A stretch of DNA of 64,000 nucleotides from an uncultured Holophagales bacterium (GCA_963842525.1 CAWJGT010000003.1:1920001-1984000), one strand, 5' to 3'. Positions 1 to 9,717 are shown, counted from the stretch's first letter. Notes: generated by a model not told the origin, from the sequence alone. Made by a program: numbers and translations.

Positions 1-423
1 GAGGGCTTCCTCCGCAGCACGACGTCGCTCATCCAGACCTCCGGCCGCGCCGCCAGGAACGTCAACGGCCGGGTGATCTTCTACGCCGACGCGATGACCG
101 ATTCCATGAAGCGGTCTCTCGAAGAGACCGAGCGCCGGCGGGTCAAGCAGAGGACCTACAACGAGGAGCACGGCATCGAGCCGGCCACCATCCTCAAGGA
201 CATCCACAACCCGCTGGTCCAGATGAGCCAGCTCGACCTCTACCGTGCCGGCCCGGTCCGCCTCTCGGACGCCGCCGAGGAGATCGACGTCCCTCTCGCC
301 GAGCGCATCGCCAGGCTGGAAAAAGAGATGCGAGCCCACGCCAAGCGCCTGGAGTTCGAAGAGGCCGCCGCGGCACGGGACAAGATCCGGGAGCTGCGGG
401 AGCTGCAGATCTACGCGGGGTGA
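1..423 (+). CDS. uvrB: Excinuclease ABC subunit B, C-terminal part (5' truncated by window edge)
   Basis: Frame reads EGFLRSTTSLIQTSGRAARNVNGRVIFYAD...ETERRRVKQ..YNEEHGIEP and ends in a UVR coiled coil (LEFEEAAAARDKIREL). Confidence 0.95.
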   Translation, partial: EGFLRSTTSLIQTSGRAARNVNGRVIFYADAMTDSMKRSLEETERRRVKQRTYNEEHGIEPATILKDIHNPLVQMSQLDLYRAGPVRLSDAAEEIDVPLAERIARLEKEMRAHAKRLEFEEAAAARDKIRELRELQIYAG

Positions 424-465
424 GCGCGAGAGGATACGGCAGGGGCTGAGTTGGCGGGGCGACGT

Positions 466-882
466 TTATCGAATGAAGCGTATCGGGCAAACCTCGGCTT
501 TGGCGATAGCGTCAAGCTCGTGGTGGTCGCTGGTCACCAGAGTCGCCCCTTCCCGGATCGTCAGGGCGAGCGCGAAGCAGTCGGCTAGCGAAACACGGCG
601 CCACTCGGCCTTGAGCTTGCCTGCGAGTTGCCAAACATCCGAGGCCAGCGTCTCGAGAAGCTCGAGGTCATATTCGGCAAAAATCGTCTCGATGCTATTC
701 GCGTCCTCCATGTTGCCGCGCCGGTAGAGATCGTAGTAGACCTCGCAGGCATTGACCGCATGAATGAGACAGCGGTTTGTGGGTTCTTGCAGCAGCTCCT
801 CTACCACTTCGGCACCAGGCTCGTCCTCCAGAAGGGCAATGAAGGCACAAGCGTCGAAGACGAACACCGGTTCAGCGGGCAA
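466..882 (-). CDS. PIN-domain (VapC-like) toxin
   Basis: N-terminal FVFDACAFIA, VNACEVYY and SLADCFALAL...LVTSDHHE PIN motifs; 138 aa. Confidence 0.88.
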   Translation of the reverse strand: MPAEPVFVFDACAFIALLEDEPGAEVVEELLQEPTNRCLIHAVNACEVYYDLYRRGNMEDANSIETIFAEYDLELLETLASDVWQLAGKLKAEWRRVSLADCFALALTIREGATLVTSDHHELDAIAKAEVCPIRFIR

Positions 883-1219
883 ATTTCCGCTCCTCGATTT
901 CGATCTCCTCCTGCTTGCGCCTTGCGAGCTCTTCGCTCCCTGAAGTCAGCCCGCGGCCGGCACCCCGCAGGCGCTGCAGGCGCGCACGGCGTTCGTCCGT
1001 GGACAGTTCCCGAAACGACCGTGGATCCCTGGCCAGCTCGGCTGCCAGAGCCGTCAAGCTTCCGCGGGTTTGTGGCGGAGCCGTGACGTGCTCCTCCGTC
1101 CCGCTCTGCTGCGGCACGAGCACAATGAGCTCCGCCGGCCCCGAAGGAATCGTCTCAGGGAACACGATCGTCGCGCGGTGATTCTCCGGGATGATGACCT
1201 GCATTTTGTGGGCCTGCAT
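872..1219 (-). CDS. Putative antitoxin partner of the PIN toxin
   Basis: Small ORF directly upstream of and overlapping the PIN gene; GAGGAG RBS before ATG 1219. Confidence 0.65.
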   Translation of the reverse strand: MQAHKMQVIIPENHRATIVFPETIPSGPAELIVLVPQQSGTEEHVTAPPQTRGSLTALAAELARDPRSFRELSTDERRARLQRLRGAGRGLTSGSEELARRKQEEIEIEERKFAR

Positions 1220-1367
1220 CGCTGGGTCTTCTCCTCGTTTTGAATCCACCCTCGCAGCCTCGCTCACAAGGCGGGCTGGGCTCACTAGCTGCTACGGGAG
1301 TATGCCACGACCTCGGCCCTTGGGCGAATGGCGCAAGAGGCTTGGGGCCGTGCTAGCATGGTGAGCT

Positions 1368-1959
1368 ATGAGCCAGGGGACGGCAGCCAAATCGCCCTCC
1401 GCGCCTGAGCTTTCGCTCGACGAGTGGTTCGCTCTGCCCGAGGATGAGCCCGGCGAGCTCGTGGATGGACGCCTCGAGCAAGAGGAGGTGGCGGACTATC
1501 TTCACGAGCTTCTGGTCGCGCTCCTGGGCCGGAGTCTCGGGAACTGGATCTTCCCGCAAGGGGGGCTGGTCGCCGGCTCCGGGGGCCAAGCTCGCGATCG
1601 GTTCCAGACGCGGCCGGAAACCCGATCTCACAGTCTACTTGCCGGGCAGCCGTCGTCCACCGGCCCGCGGCCTGATCCGCGTCCCGCCCGATATCGCCAT
1701 CGAGATCGTCTCCCCGACGCCCCGCGACGGCCGCCGCGACCGGGTGGAGAAGCTGGCAGACTACGCGGCCTTCGGCGTGGCCTGGTACTGGCTCCTCGAC
1801 CCGCAGCTCCGCAGTCTGGAAGTCCTCGAGCTCGACCCACAGGGAAGTTATCTCCACGTCCTGGGTGCCACCACCGGCACGCTGGAGAAGGTCCCGGGCT
1901 GTGACGGGCTGACGCTCGATCTCGACGCGCTCTGGGCGGCGATCGACAAGCTCGAATAG
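1368..1959 (+). pseudogene. Uma2-family (DUF820) endonuclease, frameshifted near 1580-1590 (possibly a sequencing indel)
   Basis: Frame 1368 gives LSLDEWFAL..ELVDGRL..HELL; frame 1444 continues RKPDL..PDIAIEIVSP..DRVEKLADYAAFGVAWYWLLDP; switch at a G run. Confidence 0.85.
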
Positions 1960-2171
1960 CACCACCCCACTTCCCGCGGGAAAACTGTACCTCTTTGCGG
2001 CTCCCGACGCGGATGGCCGCCTTTCCGGCGGACCTGCGTCTATTCAGGTGAGGGCCGCCGAGTGGCTGACGGTGGACCCAAGAGAAGATAGAGAGAAAAG
2101 TCGAACGCCGCGCCGTCTCAGCAAGGGGCCGCTCATGTCGGGCGGCTTCGACATAGGGAGAGGAGGAGTCA

Positions 2172-2615
2172 ATGAACCATACCATCGAGGTGTCGTTTGT
2201 GGGCACTCGCGTGCATGCCGAGCCCAATCCCTTGCCAACGCGTGGAAACACTCAACAACCACCCCAGACCGTCATCAGTCCTGGAGACACAATAACTTGG
2301 GACTGGAGCCAGGCCGCGCCAGGAAGGAATCTGCAGGTGGTTTTCGTGGAAATGGGTCTTCTGGAGCAGGATGGCAGTGTTGGAAGCAACCAGCCGGTCG
2401 ACCCCCTGGGTCCCTTAAGCAGGCTTTCGCTTGGTGCCAACTTGATCGAGGGTACCGTCCATTCGAACGTCCCCCAGAACGTCAGTCAAGCCCAGCGGTT
2501 CTTCTATAGAATTTTTGAAAACGGCAATCCTCTTGTTTGGGATAACCCGGTGCCGGGGAAGAGCGACCCGAGGATGAACGGCGGCGGCATCGACATCCCG
2601 AACACGCCTCCGTAG
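2172..2615 (+). CDS. Hypothetical small beta-rich protein
   Basis: AGGAGGAG RBS, ATG, 147 aa non-shadow composition; convergent with the kinase gene. Confidence 0.75.
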   Translation: MNHTIEVSFVGTRVHAEPNPLPTRGNTQQPPQTVISPGDTITWDWSQAAPGRNLQVVFVEMGLLEQDGSVGSNQPVDPLGPLSRLSLGANLIEGTVHSNVPQNVSQAQRFFYRIFENGNPLVWDNPVPGKSDPRMNGGGIDIPNTPP

Positions 2616-2628
2616 GGTATGCTACCGA

Positions 2629-5385
2629 CTAGCTCGCGTCCTTGCCAGACCCGCGGGAGTCGAGGAGTGCCAGGAAATCCGGGTCCTCCTTGAGTGAGCG
2701 GAACTCGGGGATCGTGAACCACTCCCGCCGGATTCTCTTCTCGAAGGCCAGCTTGGCGTAGAAGACGGCCGACACGTGGTCTCCCAGGAGGGCATAGATC
2801 TGTGCGGCCTGATGGAGGATCTGGGCTTCTTCTGGCATCTGTTTGACCGACTCGTCGACGAGACGTTCCGCGTCCACCCGCTGGCCCAGGCGCGCGAGAC
2901 ACTGGGCATGGAGCATGCGGGTGTGTGCATCCAGCGGAGTTGACGGGTTGGCCAGCTCCCTTGCCAGAGTGCGATAGAGGCTTTGCGCTTCGTCCATCTC
3001 GCCCTGGGCTTCGAGCGCGGTGGCCAGGTTGAAGCGGGTCTGGCGGTGGTCGGGCTCGAGAGCGAGAGCCCTCCGGTCAGCCGTGGCGGCCGCGGCGTAG
3101 TCGCCAAGAAGGAAACGGACGAAACCAAGGTTCGTGAGGTTAGGCCGCGTCGGCCGGGTGCGGATCAGATCTTCGTAGAGCGCCGCGGCGCGATTGAGGT
3201 CTCCGAATTGGACTTCCAGCGCCGCCACGTTCTCCCACACGACCTGGTTGTTCGGCTGCTCCGCCAAGAGCGGTTCAAGGCGTTGCCGCGCGGCGTCGCT
3301 CTCGCCCAGCCGGAGCTCCAGTGTCGCCACTTCCAGAATCTTGCGCCAGGTGGGCCGCCGCTGGGCGACTTCGTCCTTCACCCGTCGAGCCTCATTCAGA
3401 TCTCCTTGTGTTTCTAGCAGGTCGGCCTTGGCGCTCAGTACGCGGATGTCGCCGGGAGCCAGACTCTCCAATCGCGCCAACGTGGCACCGGCGGCATCCA
3501 GACGGTTGCCTTCGAGCTCGATTCGGAGGCGGGTGAAGGTAGGTGCCGGATCGAAGGGAGAGATCGCCTCGGCCGGTTCTACAAACGCCAAGGCGCGATC
3601 GATGGCCCCCTGGTTGCGTGCGATGCCCGCAGCAAGCAGATACGCACCGACGAGACCGGGTGACGTTTGAAGCAGAGCGTCCAACCGAGCGAGCTCGTCA
3701 TTTCCGAGGCGTTTGCCGGCATCGACTCGGCGTTCGAGCTCGATGTAGGCGGAATAGTCCTGGGGTCTCACCTGGCTGCCGCGCGACCCCCGCCGGGGCC
3801 GATAATCGGGGTAGAGCTGTTGCAGGCTGCCCCGCACTCCGTCTGCAAGCTGATAAGTGTTCTCAATTCCAACCGGGACTTCGAAGGGCCCGACCGTGCC
3901 CAGGGCCTCGCCTCCGCGCTTGCGGAGGCGCCGGAAGATCACCTGACACCAATCCCCCCGGCAGTTGAGAATGGGCAGGAGCACTTCGTCAGCCTCGGTG
4001 GAGCGCAGCCTTTCCGCCGTGGACCCACTCCCCTCTTCCTGCTCGGGTGGGTCGAGGGGCTGTAGACCTTCGAGCGAGATGAGAGTGGAAAGGATGGCTT
4101 CGATCACCTCGGACGTGACGAAGGCGAGCTCAGGAGTGTCTCCCACCAAGATCGCCGCCGGTCGCAGGACTGCTATCTTCAGAGGGGGTGCTGCAAAGGG
4201 CCAGAGCCTAAAGGCAAGAGCAAAAACGAAAAGAAGGATGACCGCTAGCACTCCGGCGAGGAGGCTCATTTGGAGCGTCTTTATCCGGCGCCCGCGGCGG
4301 AACGCCGGTGACGTCGGCGCCGTGCCCGATTCGAGGTCGGACAACAACTGCGCCGCGCTCGCATAGCGCTCCGCCGGGTCCTTGGCCAGCGCCCGGTCCA
4401 CCACCCGGGCCAGTTCCGGCGGTACGTCCGGCCGGACTTTCTCGAGCGGCTTGGGCTCCTGGGTCAGGATCGAGGAGACCACCGCCTCCATGCTCTCGCC
4501 CCCGAAGGGCCGCCGGCCGGCAACCATTTCGTAGAGCAGCACCCCGAGCGACCAGACGTCGGTGCGGCAGTCCACCGCCTCACCGCGGGCCTGCTCGGGC
4601 GACATGTAGGCAGGCGTCCCCCAACTCGCTCCAGTACGGGTGAGGGAGACCTCTTCGCCTTCCAGCCGGGCGATGCCGAAGTCGAGGATCTTCACCTCGC
4701 CCCGCCGGGTCAGCATGACGTTGGCGGGCTTGATGTCGCGGTGGGTGATCCCCGCCTCGTGAGCACAAGCCAGACCCCGCGCCACCTGGATCGCTATCTC
4801 CCTGGCCTCCGCGAGCGGCAACGGTCCGCGCCTGATCCGCTTTCGTAGGGTCCCGCCCTCGTACAGAGCCAGGACGATATAAAGCCGGCCTTCGCTTTCG
4901 CCGACGTCGTGGACAGTACAGAGGTTGGGGTGGTCCACGGCCGAGGCGGCGCGTGCCTCGCGGAGGAACCGCTCTTTCGCCCTGCGGTCGCGGCTGTACT
5001 CCGGCGGCAGGATCTTGACGGCCACGCGGCGCCCGAGCCGCGTGTCTTCCGCCTCGTAGACCGTCCCCATGCCGCCGCCGCCAATTTCACGGAGAAGCCG
5101 GTACGGACCCACCTGCTGGCCGGAGAGATCGGTCTCACCCTCCTCCTCGTCAGTATCCCCGGCGAGGAGGTCCGGAGCGTACTCGCCGGCCGGTGTGCCG
5201 AGGAAGCCGCCGGCTTGCGCATCCGCTTCCAGGACGGACTCCACCTCGGCGCGCAGGTCCGGGTCGCCGGCGCAGGCTTGATCGAGGAGAGCACCCCGCT
5301 CCGCGGGAGGGAGGTCCAGAGCCACGTCAAGGATCGCCTCGATCCGCCGCCAACGGGTGACATCCACCGGCGGGATCGGCTTCAT
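2629..5385 (-). CDS. Hanks-type Ser/Thr protein kinase with TM helix and C-terminal TPR region
   Basis: IGGGGMGTVY, VAVK, HRDIKPAN, DFG, GTPAYMSPEQ motifs; hydrophobic LLAGVLAVILLFVFALAF; TPR-like helices. Confidence 0.95.
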   Translation of the reverse strand: MKPIPPVDVTRWRRIEAILDVALDLPPAERGALLDQACAGDPDLRAEVESVLEADAQAGGFLGTPAGEYAPDLLAGDTDEEEGETDLSGQQVGPYRLLREIGGGGMGTVYEAEDTRLGRRVAVKILPPEYSRDRRAKERFLREARAASAVDHPNLCTVHDVGESEGRLYIVLALYEGGTLRKRIRRGPLPLAEAREIAIQVARGLACAHEAGITHRDIKPANVMLTRRGEVKILDFGIARLEGEEVSLTRTGASWGTPAYMSPEQARGEAVDCRTDVWSLGVLLYEMVAGRRPFGGESMEAVVSSILTQEPKPLEKVRPDVPPELARVVDRALAKDPAERYASAAQLLSDLESGTAPTSPAFRRGRRIKTLQMSLLAGVLAVILLFVFALAFRLWPFAAPPLKIAVLRPAAILVGDTPELAFVTSEVIEAILSTLISLEGLQPLDPPEQEEGSGSTAERLRSTEADEVLLPILNCRGDWCQVIFRRLRKRGGEALGTVGPFEVPVGIENTYQLADGVRGSLQQLYPDYRPRRGSRGSQVRPQDYSAYIELERRVDAGKRLGNDELARLDALLQTSPGLVGAYLLAAGIARNQGAIDRALAFVEPAEAISPFDPAPTFTRLRIELEGNRLDAAGATLARLESLAPGDIRVLSAKADLLETQGDLNEARRVKDEVAQRRPTWRKILEVATLELRLGESDAARQRLEPLLAEQPNNQVVWENVAALEVQFGDLNRAAALYEDLIRTRPTRPNLTNLGFVRFLLGDYAAAATADRRALALEPDHRQTRFNLATALEAQGEMDEAQSLYRTLARELANPSTPLDAHTRMLHAQCLARLGQRVDAERLVDESVKQMPEEAQILHQAAQIYALLGDHVSAVFYAKLAFEKRIRREWFTIPEFRSLKEDPDFLALLDSRGSGKDAS

Positions 5386-5972
5386 CCGGGGCCTTGGCCG
5401 CCGAGGGCCTGGAAGAGGAAGGCTCGGGCCTTGCGCCAGTCGCGCCGCACCGTCCGCTCCGATGTCCCCATCGCCTCGGCGGTCTCCTCCTCGGTCAGCC
5501 CAGCGAAGAAGCGTAGCTCCACGAGTTGGCTCAGACGCTCGTTGAGAGCCGCGAGCGACGTCAGAGCACGATCCACGGCGAGGACCTCGACGACGCGTGC
5601 CTCCGCATCCGACTCCCCACCTAGGCGCAACTCGTCGAGCGCGATCCGCACGTCCTCGCCGCCTCGCTTCTTCGCCATACGCCGGCGGGCGGAATCCACC
5701 AGGATGTGACGCATGGCAAGGGCGGCCACCGAGAGGAAATGGGAGCGGTCCTCCCAGGTGGTGCCCTGATGGTCCACCAGCTTGAGATAGGCCTCATGGA
5801 CCAGAGCCGTGGTGGTGATCGTCTGCCCCGGCCGCCGGTGCCGGAGCTGGATGCGTGCCATGGCGCGGAGCTCGTCGTAGACCAGGACCATCAGCCTTTG
5901 CGCAGCACTGCCATCCCCCTGGCGCGCTGCGGCGAGGAGGCCGGTGATCTCTCCTGTGGACGTCGAGTCCAT
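5382..5972 (-). CDS. Kinase-associated ECF sigma factor (TIGR02999/ECF43-like)
   Basis: VYDELRAMA, TTALVHEAYLKL, MRHILVD.AR, VELRFFAGL, RTVRRDW motifs; 4-bp overlap with the kinase gene. Confidence 0.92.
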   Translation of the reverse strand: MDSTSTGEITGLLAAARQGDGSAAQRLMVLVYDELRAMARIQLRHRRPGQTITTTALVHEAYLKLVDHQGTTWEDRSHFLSVAALAMRHILVDSARRRMAKKRGGEDVRIALDELRLGGESDAEARVVEVLAVDRALTSLAALNERLSQLVELRFFAGLTEEETAEAMGTSERTVRRDWRKARAFLFQALGGQGPG

Positions 5973-6010
5973 GGCTCCCAGAGTTTTCGAGGACTCTGGG
6001 AAGAATATCC

Positions 6011-6040
6011 GCCGCCCGGCGGGAATTCAAGCCGGGCGGC
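6011..6040. terminator. GC-rich hairpin, possible terminator
   Basis: GCCGCCCGGC-n10-GCCGGGCGGC inverted repeat just downstream of the 6064-6798 gene; no clear U tract. Confidence 0.4.
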
Positions 6041-6063
6041 GGCGGGCAGGGAGGTGGGGCGGG

Positions 6064-6798
6064 CTAGAAGGTGAATGAGGTCATCAGTGCCCAGCCGAAC
6101 CGTCCCTCCTTCTTGAACCTCACCGCGGTCTCGCCAGATGGGAGCTCCTTACCTTCCTTCAGGCCGTCGCCGAGAACCTGGACGCTCGGGTCGAACGACA
6201 GACCGATTCCAACGTTCACGCTGGCTGATGCTTGGGGGTCTTTTCGGAATCCCCACATGACTCCCACGGCGAGGGAGTCGATTGCGTTGTTGTCGCCGCT
6301 CTGCAGGGCGACGAAAGGGCCGAAACCCCTGAGCGGAGGCTCGGGCGTTTGGCCTTGGCCGGCTTTATCTTTACACCAAGCCGAAGGCGTTGCAGCCGGA
6401 TCCCTGGCTTTCTCCATCTGATTGGCCGCCTTCTTCTTCTGATAGTCGCGCCAGCACCCCACCTTATCGCCGGCCAGGAATACGTGCATCTCCAGGAACA
6501 GTTGCGGGCGCAAGTCGGCCTCTTCATCGACTCGCACGATGCCGCCTTCGATGGCGCCGTCGTCCCCCTCTGTGCCCCCGACGAGCGAGGCCTTCTCGAC
6601 GGCACGGTAACCTCCAAAGCCGCCCATCACGCCGATCCCGGCACCCCACTTCAGTCCCAGGAAGTCGTTGGTCGCCTCTTCCATCTTGGTGGCCATCTCC
6701 ATTTCCATTTGAGTCTGACCCTGCGCCGCCCCGTAGCCACCGATCAGCATCGTCAGTAGGCAAACAAAGATTCGACACCTTCGGCTCGTTCGCTGCAT
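6064..6798 (-). CDS. Hypothetical exported protein, possible outer-membrane beta-barrel
   Basis: GGAGG RBS, signal-peptide-like N terminus, alternating hydrophobic strands, C-terminal MTSFTF. Confidence 0.7.
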   Translation of the reverse strand: MQRTSRRCRIFVCLLTMLIGGYGAAQGQTQMEMEMATKMEEATNDFLGLKWGAGIGVMGGFGGYRAVEKASLVGGTEGDDGAIEGGIVRVDEEADLRPQLFLEMHVFLAGDKVGCWRDYQKKKAANQMEKARDPAATPSAWCKDKAGQGQTPEPPLRGFGPFVALQSGDNNAIDSLAVGVMWGFRKDPQASASVNVGIGLSFDPSVQVLGDGLKEGKELPSGETAVRFKKEGRFGWALMTSFTF

Positions 6799-6944
6799 GG
6801 TGCTCCTCCTTCGGCGAGAGAGGCCAGTCCGGCATGGACGGTCCTCTCTTCTGCTGACGCAAGAACTCGCCGAAGGCGGCCATCACCTCGGGACGCTGGC
6901 CCAGCGTGCGCTCCGCAGAGCCAGCGTGAGACTCCCGGCGGGAT

Positions 6945-7024
6945 CCGGCGTTGCACAGGTCGGTCTGGATCGCTGGGTTGGACGTGAGGGTGCGGCCACG
7001 GCCTTGCGGTTCATCCGCAGATGG
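6945..7024 (-). pseudogene. Degenerate partial duplicate of the pfpI-like gene
   Basis: 6945-7001 matches 8414-8470 (about 50/57 nt); 6998-7020 equals 8558-8580; translates RGRTLTSNPAIQTDLCNAG vs RGRTVTSYPSIQTDLRNAG. Confidence 0.85.
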
Positions 7025-7043
7025 AAGTCCGGCCGGCTTGAAA

Positions 7044-7583
7044 TCAATGCTCGGGCACGTCCAAATGCCGGACCCGCTCCAGAAGGTAGGCCGGCGGCGA
7101 TCCTTCCAGAGAGACAGGCCAGCCGACGAGGTCGGGACGGCGCCCGAAGAGCACATAGACCTCGCCGTTGCGGCCGGGGCCCTCGCGCAGCCCTTCATTG
7201 ACGACCCACCCGCGCGCGCCTTCTGAAAGCAGAGCCGCGGAGGGCGTCCGGAACCCAGTGGCTCCCAGCTCTCGCAAGCGAGAGGCTTCCTTCGTGCACT
7301 CTGGATAGGTATGGATCCCTCCTATCAGAGTGTCTTCGGGGAGCTCGGCGGTCGAGGCCGGTGGGCCGGAAACTTCCACAGCCCAGATTGCCCTTTGGAT
7401 GCCCGCGAGGTCTGCTGGATCGCGAATCTCTTCGTGGCGGATAAGCTCGGCCCAGGCGCCATCTGGGGTGTCGGCCAGATAATGGACGGGACCCTCGCCA
7501 GGGCCGTTCCAGCGTCCCGGCGGTTGCGCTGCGGTCTCCCAGAGGAACGGGAATCGCGGGTCCGAGTGCCGAAAGAGGATCAC
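7044..7583 (-). CDS. RES-domain toxin
   Basis: FRH..., PGRWN, HYLADTP.GAWAE, GFRTPSAA: conserved R, E and S motifs. Confidence 0.88.
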   Translation of the reverse strand: MILFRHSDPRFPFLWETAAQPPGRWNGPGEGPVHYLADTPDGAWAELIRHEEIRDPADLAGIQRAIWAVEVSGPPASTAELPEDTLIGGIHTYPECTKEASRLRELGATGFRTPSAALLSEGARGWVVNEGLREGPGRNGEVYVLFGRRPDLVGWPVSLEGSPPAYLLERVRHLDVPEH

Positions 7584-8206
7584 GTCGCGGGGGAGGCCGT
7601 CAGAGCCTGCGCGAGCTCGCGGAGTCGCCGGAGCTGGAGGGCTTCGGGGTCCCAGTCTCCCTGCATCAGGTCGGCGGGGGTTTTCCCCCCGAGCAGCGTG
7701 CGGGGACGGTCAAACCAGCGGCGGATACCGAAGTCGTTGTAGGCACCGGCCAGATCCCCGACCAGAGTCGCGAGGAAGTGGAGCCGCGCGGCGAGCTTGT
7801 CCGGCGTGGGGCGGGTACCCGAGCGGTAGCGGCGGACGCTGGCCGGAGAGATTCCTAGAAGGGTGGTGATCCGCTCGGTTCCGAGGAGGTCTTCCAATGA
7901 GCGCCACTCATGGGAAGGGGCAGGGGACTCCTCGATCGCTAGAGCGAGACGGTCGAGCAACCGACTCATCTCCGGTCGCCCGATGCGGCCCGAGGGAGCG
8001 GAGAGGGCGGCCTGAATCTCCGTACCGATGCCCGCTGACGCGATCTTGTCGACGACTTCGCGGAAGGAAGAAAGGTCCAGTCGATGAATCTCGAGGTCGT
8101 CCAGGAGGCCCATGGCATCCGCGGTCGAGATCACTCCCACGGCGAGCCGTGCAATCTCAGGAGAGTCGAACGGCTCGGTGGTGGACGTGATCTGGATCGT
8201 GCTCAT
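7580..8206 (-). CDS. Xre/MbcA/ParS-type antitoxin with N-terminal extension
   Basis: HTH (LLGISPASVRRY) and C-terminal IRRWFDRPRTLLGGKTPADL; overlaps RES gene; start MSTIQ at 8206. Confidence 0.82.
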   Translation of the reverse strand: MSTIQITSTTEPFDSPEIARLAVGVISTADAMGLLDDLEIHRLDLSSFREVVDKIASAGIGTEIQAALSAPSGRIGRPEMSRLLDRLALAIEESPAPSHEWRSLEDLLGTERITTLLGISPASVRRYRSGTRPTPDKLAARLHFLATLVGDLAGAYNDFGIRRWFDRPRTLLGGKTPADLMQGDWDPEALQLRRLRELAQALTASPAT

Positions 8207-8253
8207 GTTCCAGATTGTAGCCGATCTCGGGCCGGCTGGTTGCGATCGCTGTC

Positions 8254-8838
8254 TCAGCGGCTGGCGAAGGCCTCTTCCGGTTGCGTCTGCTTCCGGTGGA
8301 TGCCCTCTCCGATCTCCTCGATCATCTTGCGGTTGAAGGCCGGGATGTCCTGCGGCTTGCGGCTGGTGACCAGGCCGTTGTCGACCACGACCTCCTGGTC
8401 CACCCAGTGGGCGCCGGCGTTGCGCAGGTCGGTCTGGATCGACGGATAGGACGTGACGGTGCGGCCGCGGACCACGTCCGCCTCGACCAGGGTCCAGGGG
8501 CCGTGGCAGATCGCCGCGACCGGTTTGCCAGCAGCGAAGAACGCCTTCGTGAAGTCGACGGCCTTGCGGTTCATCCGCAGGTGGTCCGGGTTCATCACGC
8601 CGCCCGGCAGGAGCAGGGCATCGAAATCCTCCGCACGGGCCTGGTCGAGCGGCTGGTCGACCTTGACCTCCTGCCCCCACTCTGTATGGTTCCAGCCCTT
8701 GACCCGGTCCTTCTTGGGCGAGACGACGACGGTCTTCGCCCCGGCCTCGTCGAGCGCCTTGCGCGGCTCCAAGAGCTCCACCTGCTCGAATCCGTCGTCG
8801 ACCAGAATTGCAACCTTCTTTCCTTGCAGCTCGTTCAT
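8254..8838 (-). CDS. PfpI/DJ-1 family protein (type 1 glutamine amidotransferase-like)
   Basis: KKVAILVDDGFEQVEL, LLLPGG, AAICHGPW, NGLVTSR; GGAGA RBS. Confidence 0.95.
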   Translation of the reverse strand: MNELQGKKVAILVDDGFEQVELLEPRKALDEAGAKTVVVSPKKDRVKGWNHTEWGQEVKVDQPLDQARAEDFDALLLPGGVMNPDHLRMNRKAVDFTKAFFAAGKPVAAICHGPWTLVEADVVRGRTVTSYPSIQTDLRNAGAHWVDQEVVVDNGLVTSRKPQDIPAFNRKMIEEIGEGIHRKQTQPEEAFASR

Positions 8839-9143
8839 GGTGTTCTCCTTCCCTGTTGGAGAGACTGCATGGAATCGGCCGCACCACCCCGCGGCGGCGA
8901 CCCGGCGTACAGCCTCAAATCGCCGGGTCTCTGTTAGGTTTTTCGTGCAAGCGGGGTGCCCGGTGTCGGATGAGCTGCTGGACGGCCGGCGGTAGAGCGC
9001 TCAGGTCACACCGCCCCTGTCACGCCTTCCGGCCGGCGCGTACCTGTTTGAGTGAGGGCGAACACAGCCAGCTTCAAGAGCGGTGGGGATGTCCTGCAGC
9101 GTGAGGCTCGTGGTTCGCCCGCGAGCTCGGAAAGGGGGAATCC

Positions 9144-9695
9144 ATGCGAGCCCTGGGTCAGAGAGTGCCTGTTTCGAAGCTGGTCGTCCTCGTCGTTTTC
9201 GCTTTTCTCGTCTCGGTGCCCGCGGCTCACGCGGTGCTCGGCAACTCGGCACAGCCGCTGACGGGCGCCTGGGTGCTGGATGCGGGGAGCGCCGCGCGTC
9301 CGGCGCACCTCGAGTGCGCGGGGACGACCGCCGACGGGCGCATCGTCCTGCGGAACGCGGGCGACGAGGCCGCGATCCTCTTCTTCGCCAGCGGCGAGAG
9401 CCAGGTTCTGGCTCCCGGAGAGGAGCTGGCCGTGGAGGAGGACGCCGCCGCGGTGATCGGGACCCACCAGTGCGTCTGCAAGTGCACCTGCACGGCGGCC
9501 GACGGGTCGACGGAGGGCATCAGCTTCCCGTGCGACTCCAACACCGGGCCGGACCCTTGCCCGGCGTCCAACGGCTCCGGCTGCTTGTTCGCCGATGCGG
9601 ATAAAGAGGGCACGCTCTCCGGCTGCAAGAGGTGGTACATCCCGATTAGACCCCCAGCCCCAGCCCCGGCACCGGGCCAGCCGGCCGGGGGCTAG
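9144..9695 (+). CDS. Hypothetical secreted cysteine-rich protein
   Basis: Signal peptide ending AHA; CVCKCTC plus five other Cys; Pro/Ala tail; followed by a terminator. Confidence 0.7.
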   Translation: MRALGQRVPVSKLVVLVVFAFLVSVPAAHAVLGNSAQPLTGAWVLDAGSAARPAHLECAGTTADGRIVLRNAGDEAAILFFASGESQVLAPGEELAVEEDAAAVIGTHQCVCKCTCTAADGSTEGISFPCDSNTGPDPCPASNGSGCLFADADKEGTLSGCKRWYIPIRPPAPAPAPGQPAGG

Positions 9696-9717
9696 CCCTC
9701 GGGTCTTCCCACGCCGC

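Noticed and set aside
7580-8887. 435-aa antitoxin
   Set aside because: N-terminal half is an alternative frame of pfpI; the plausible start is 8206
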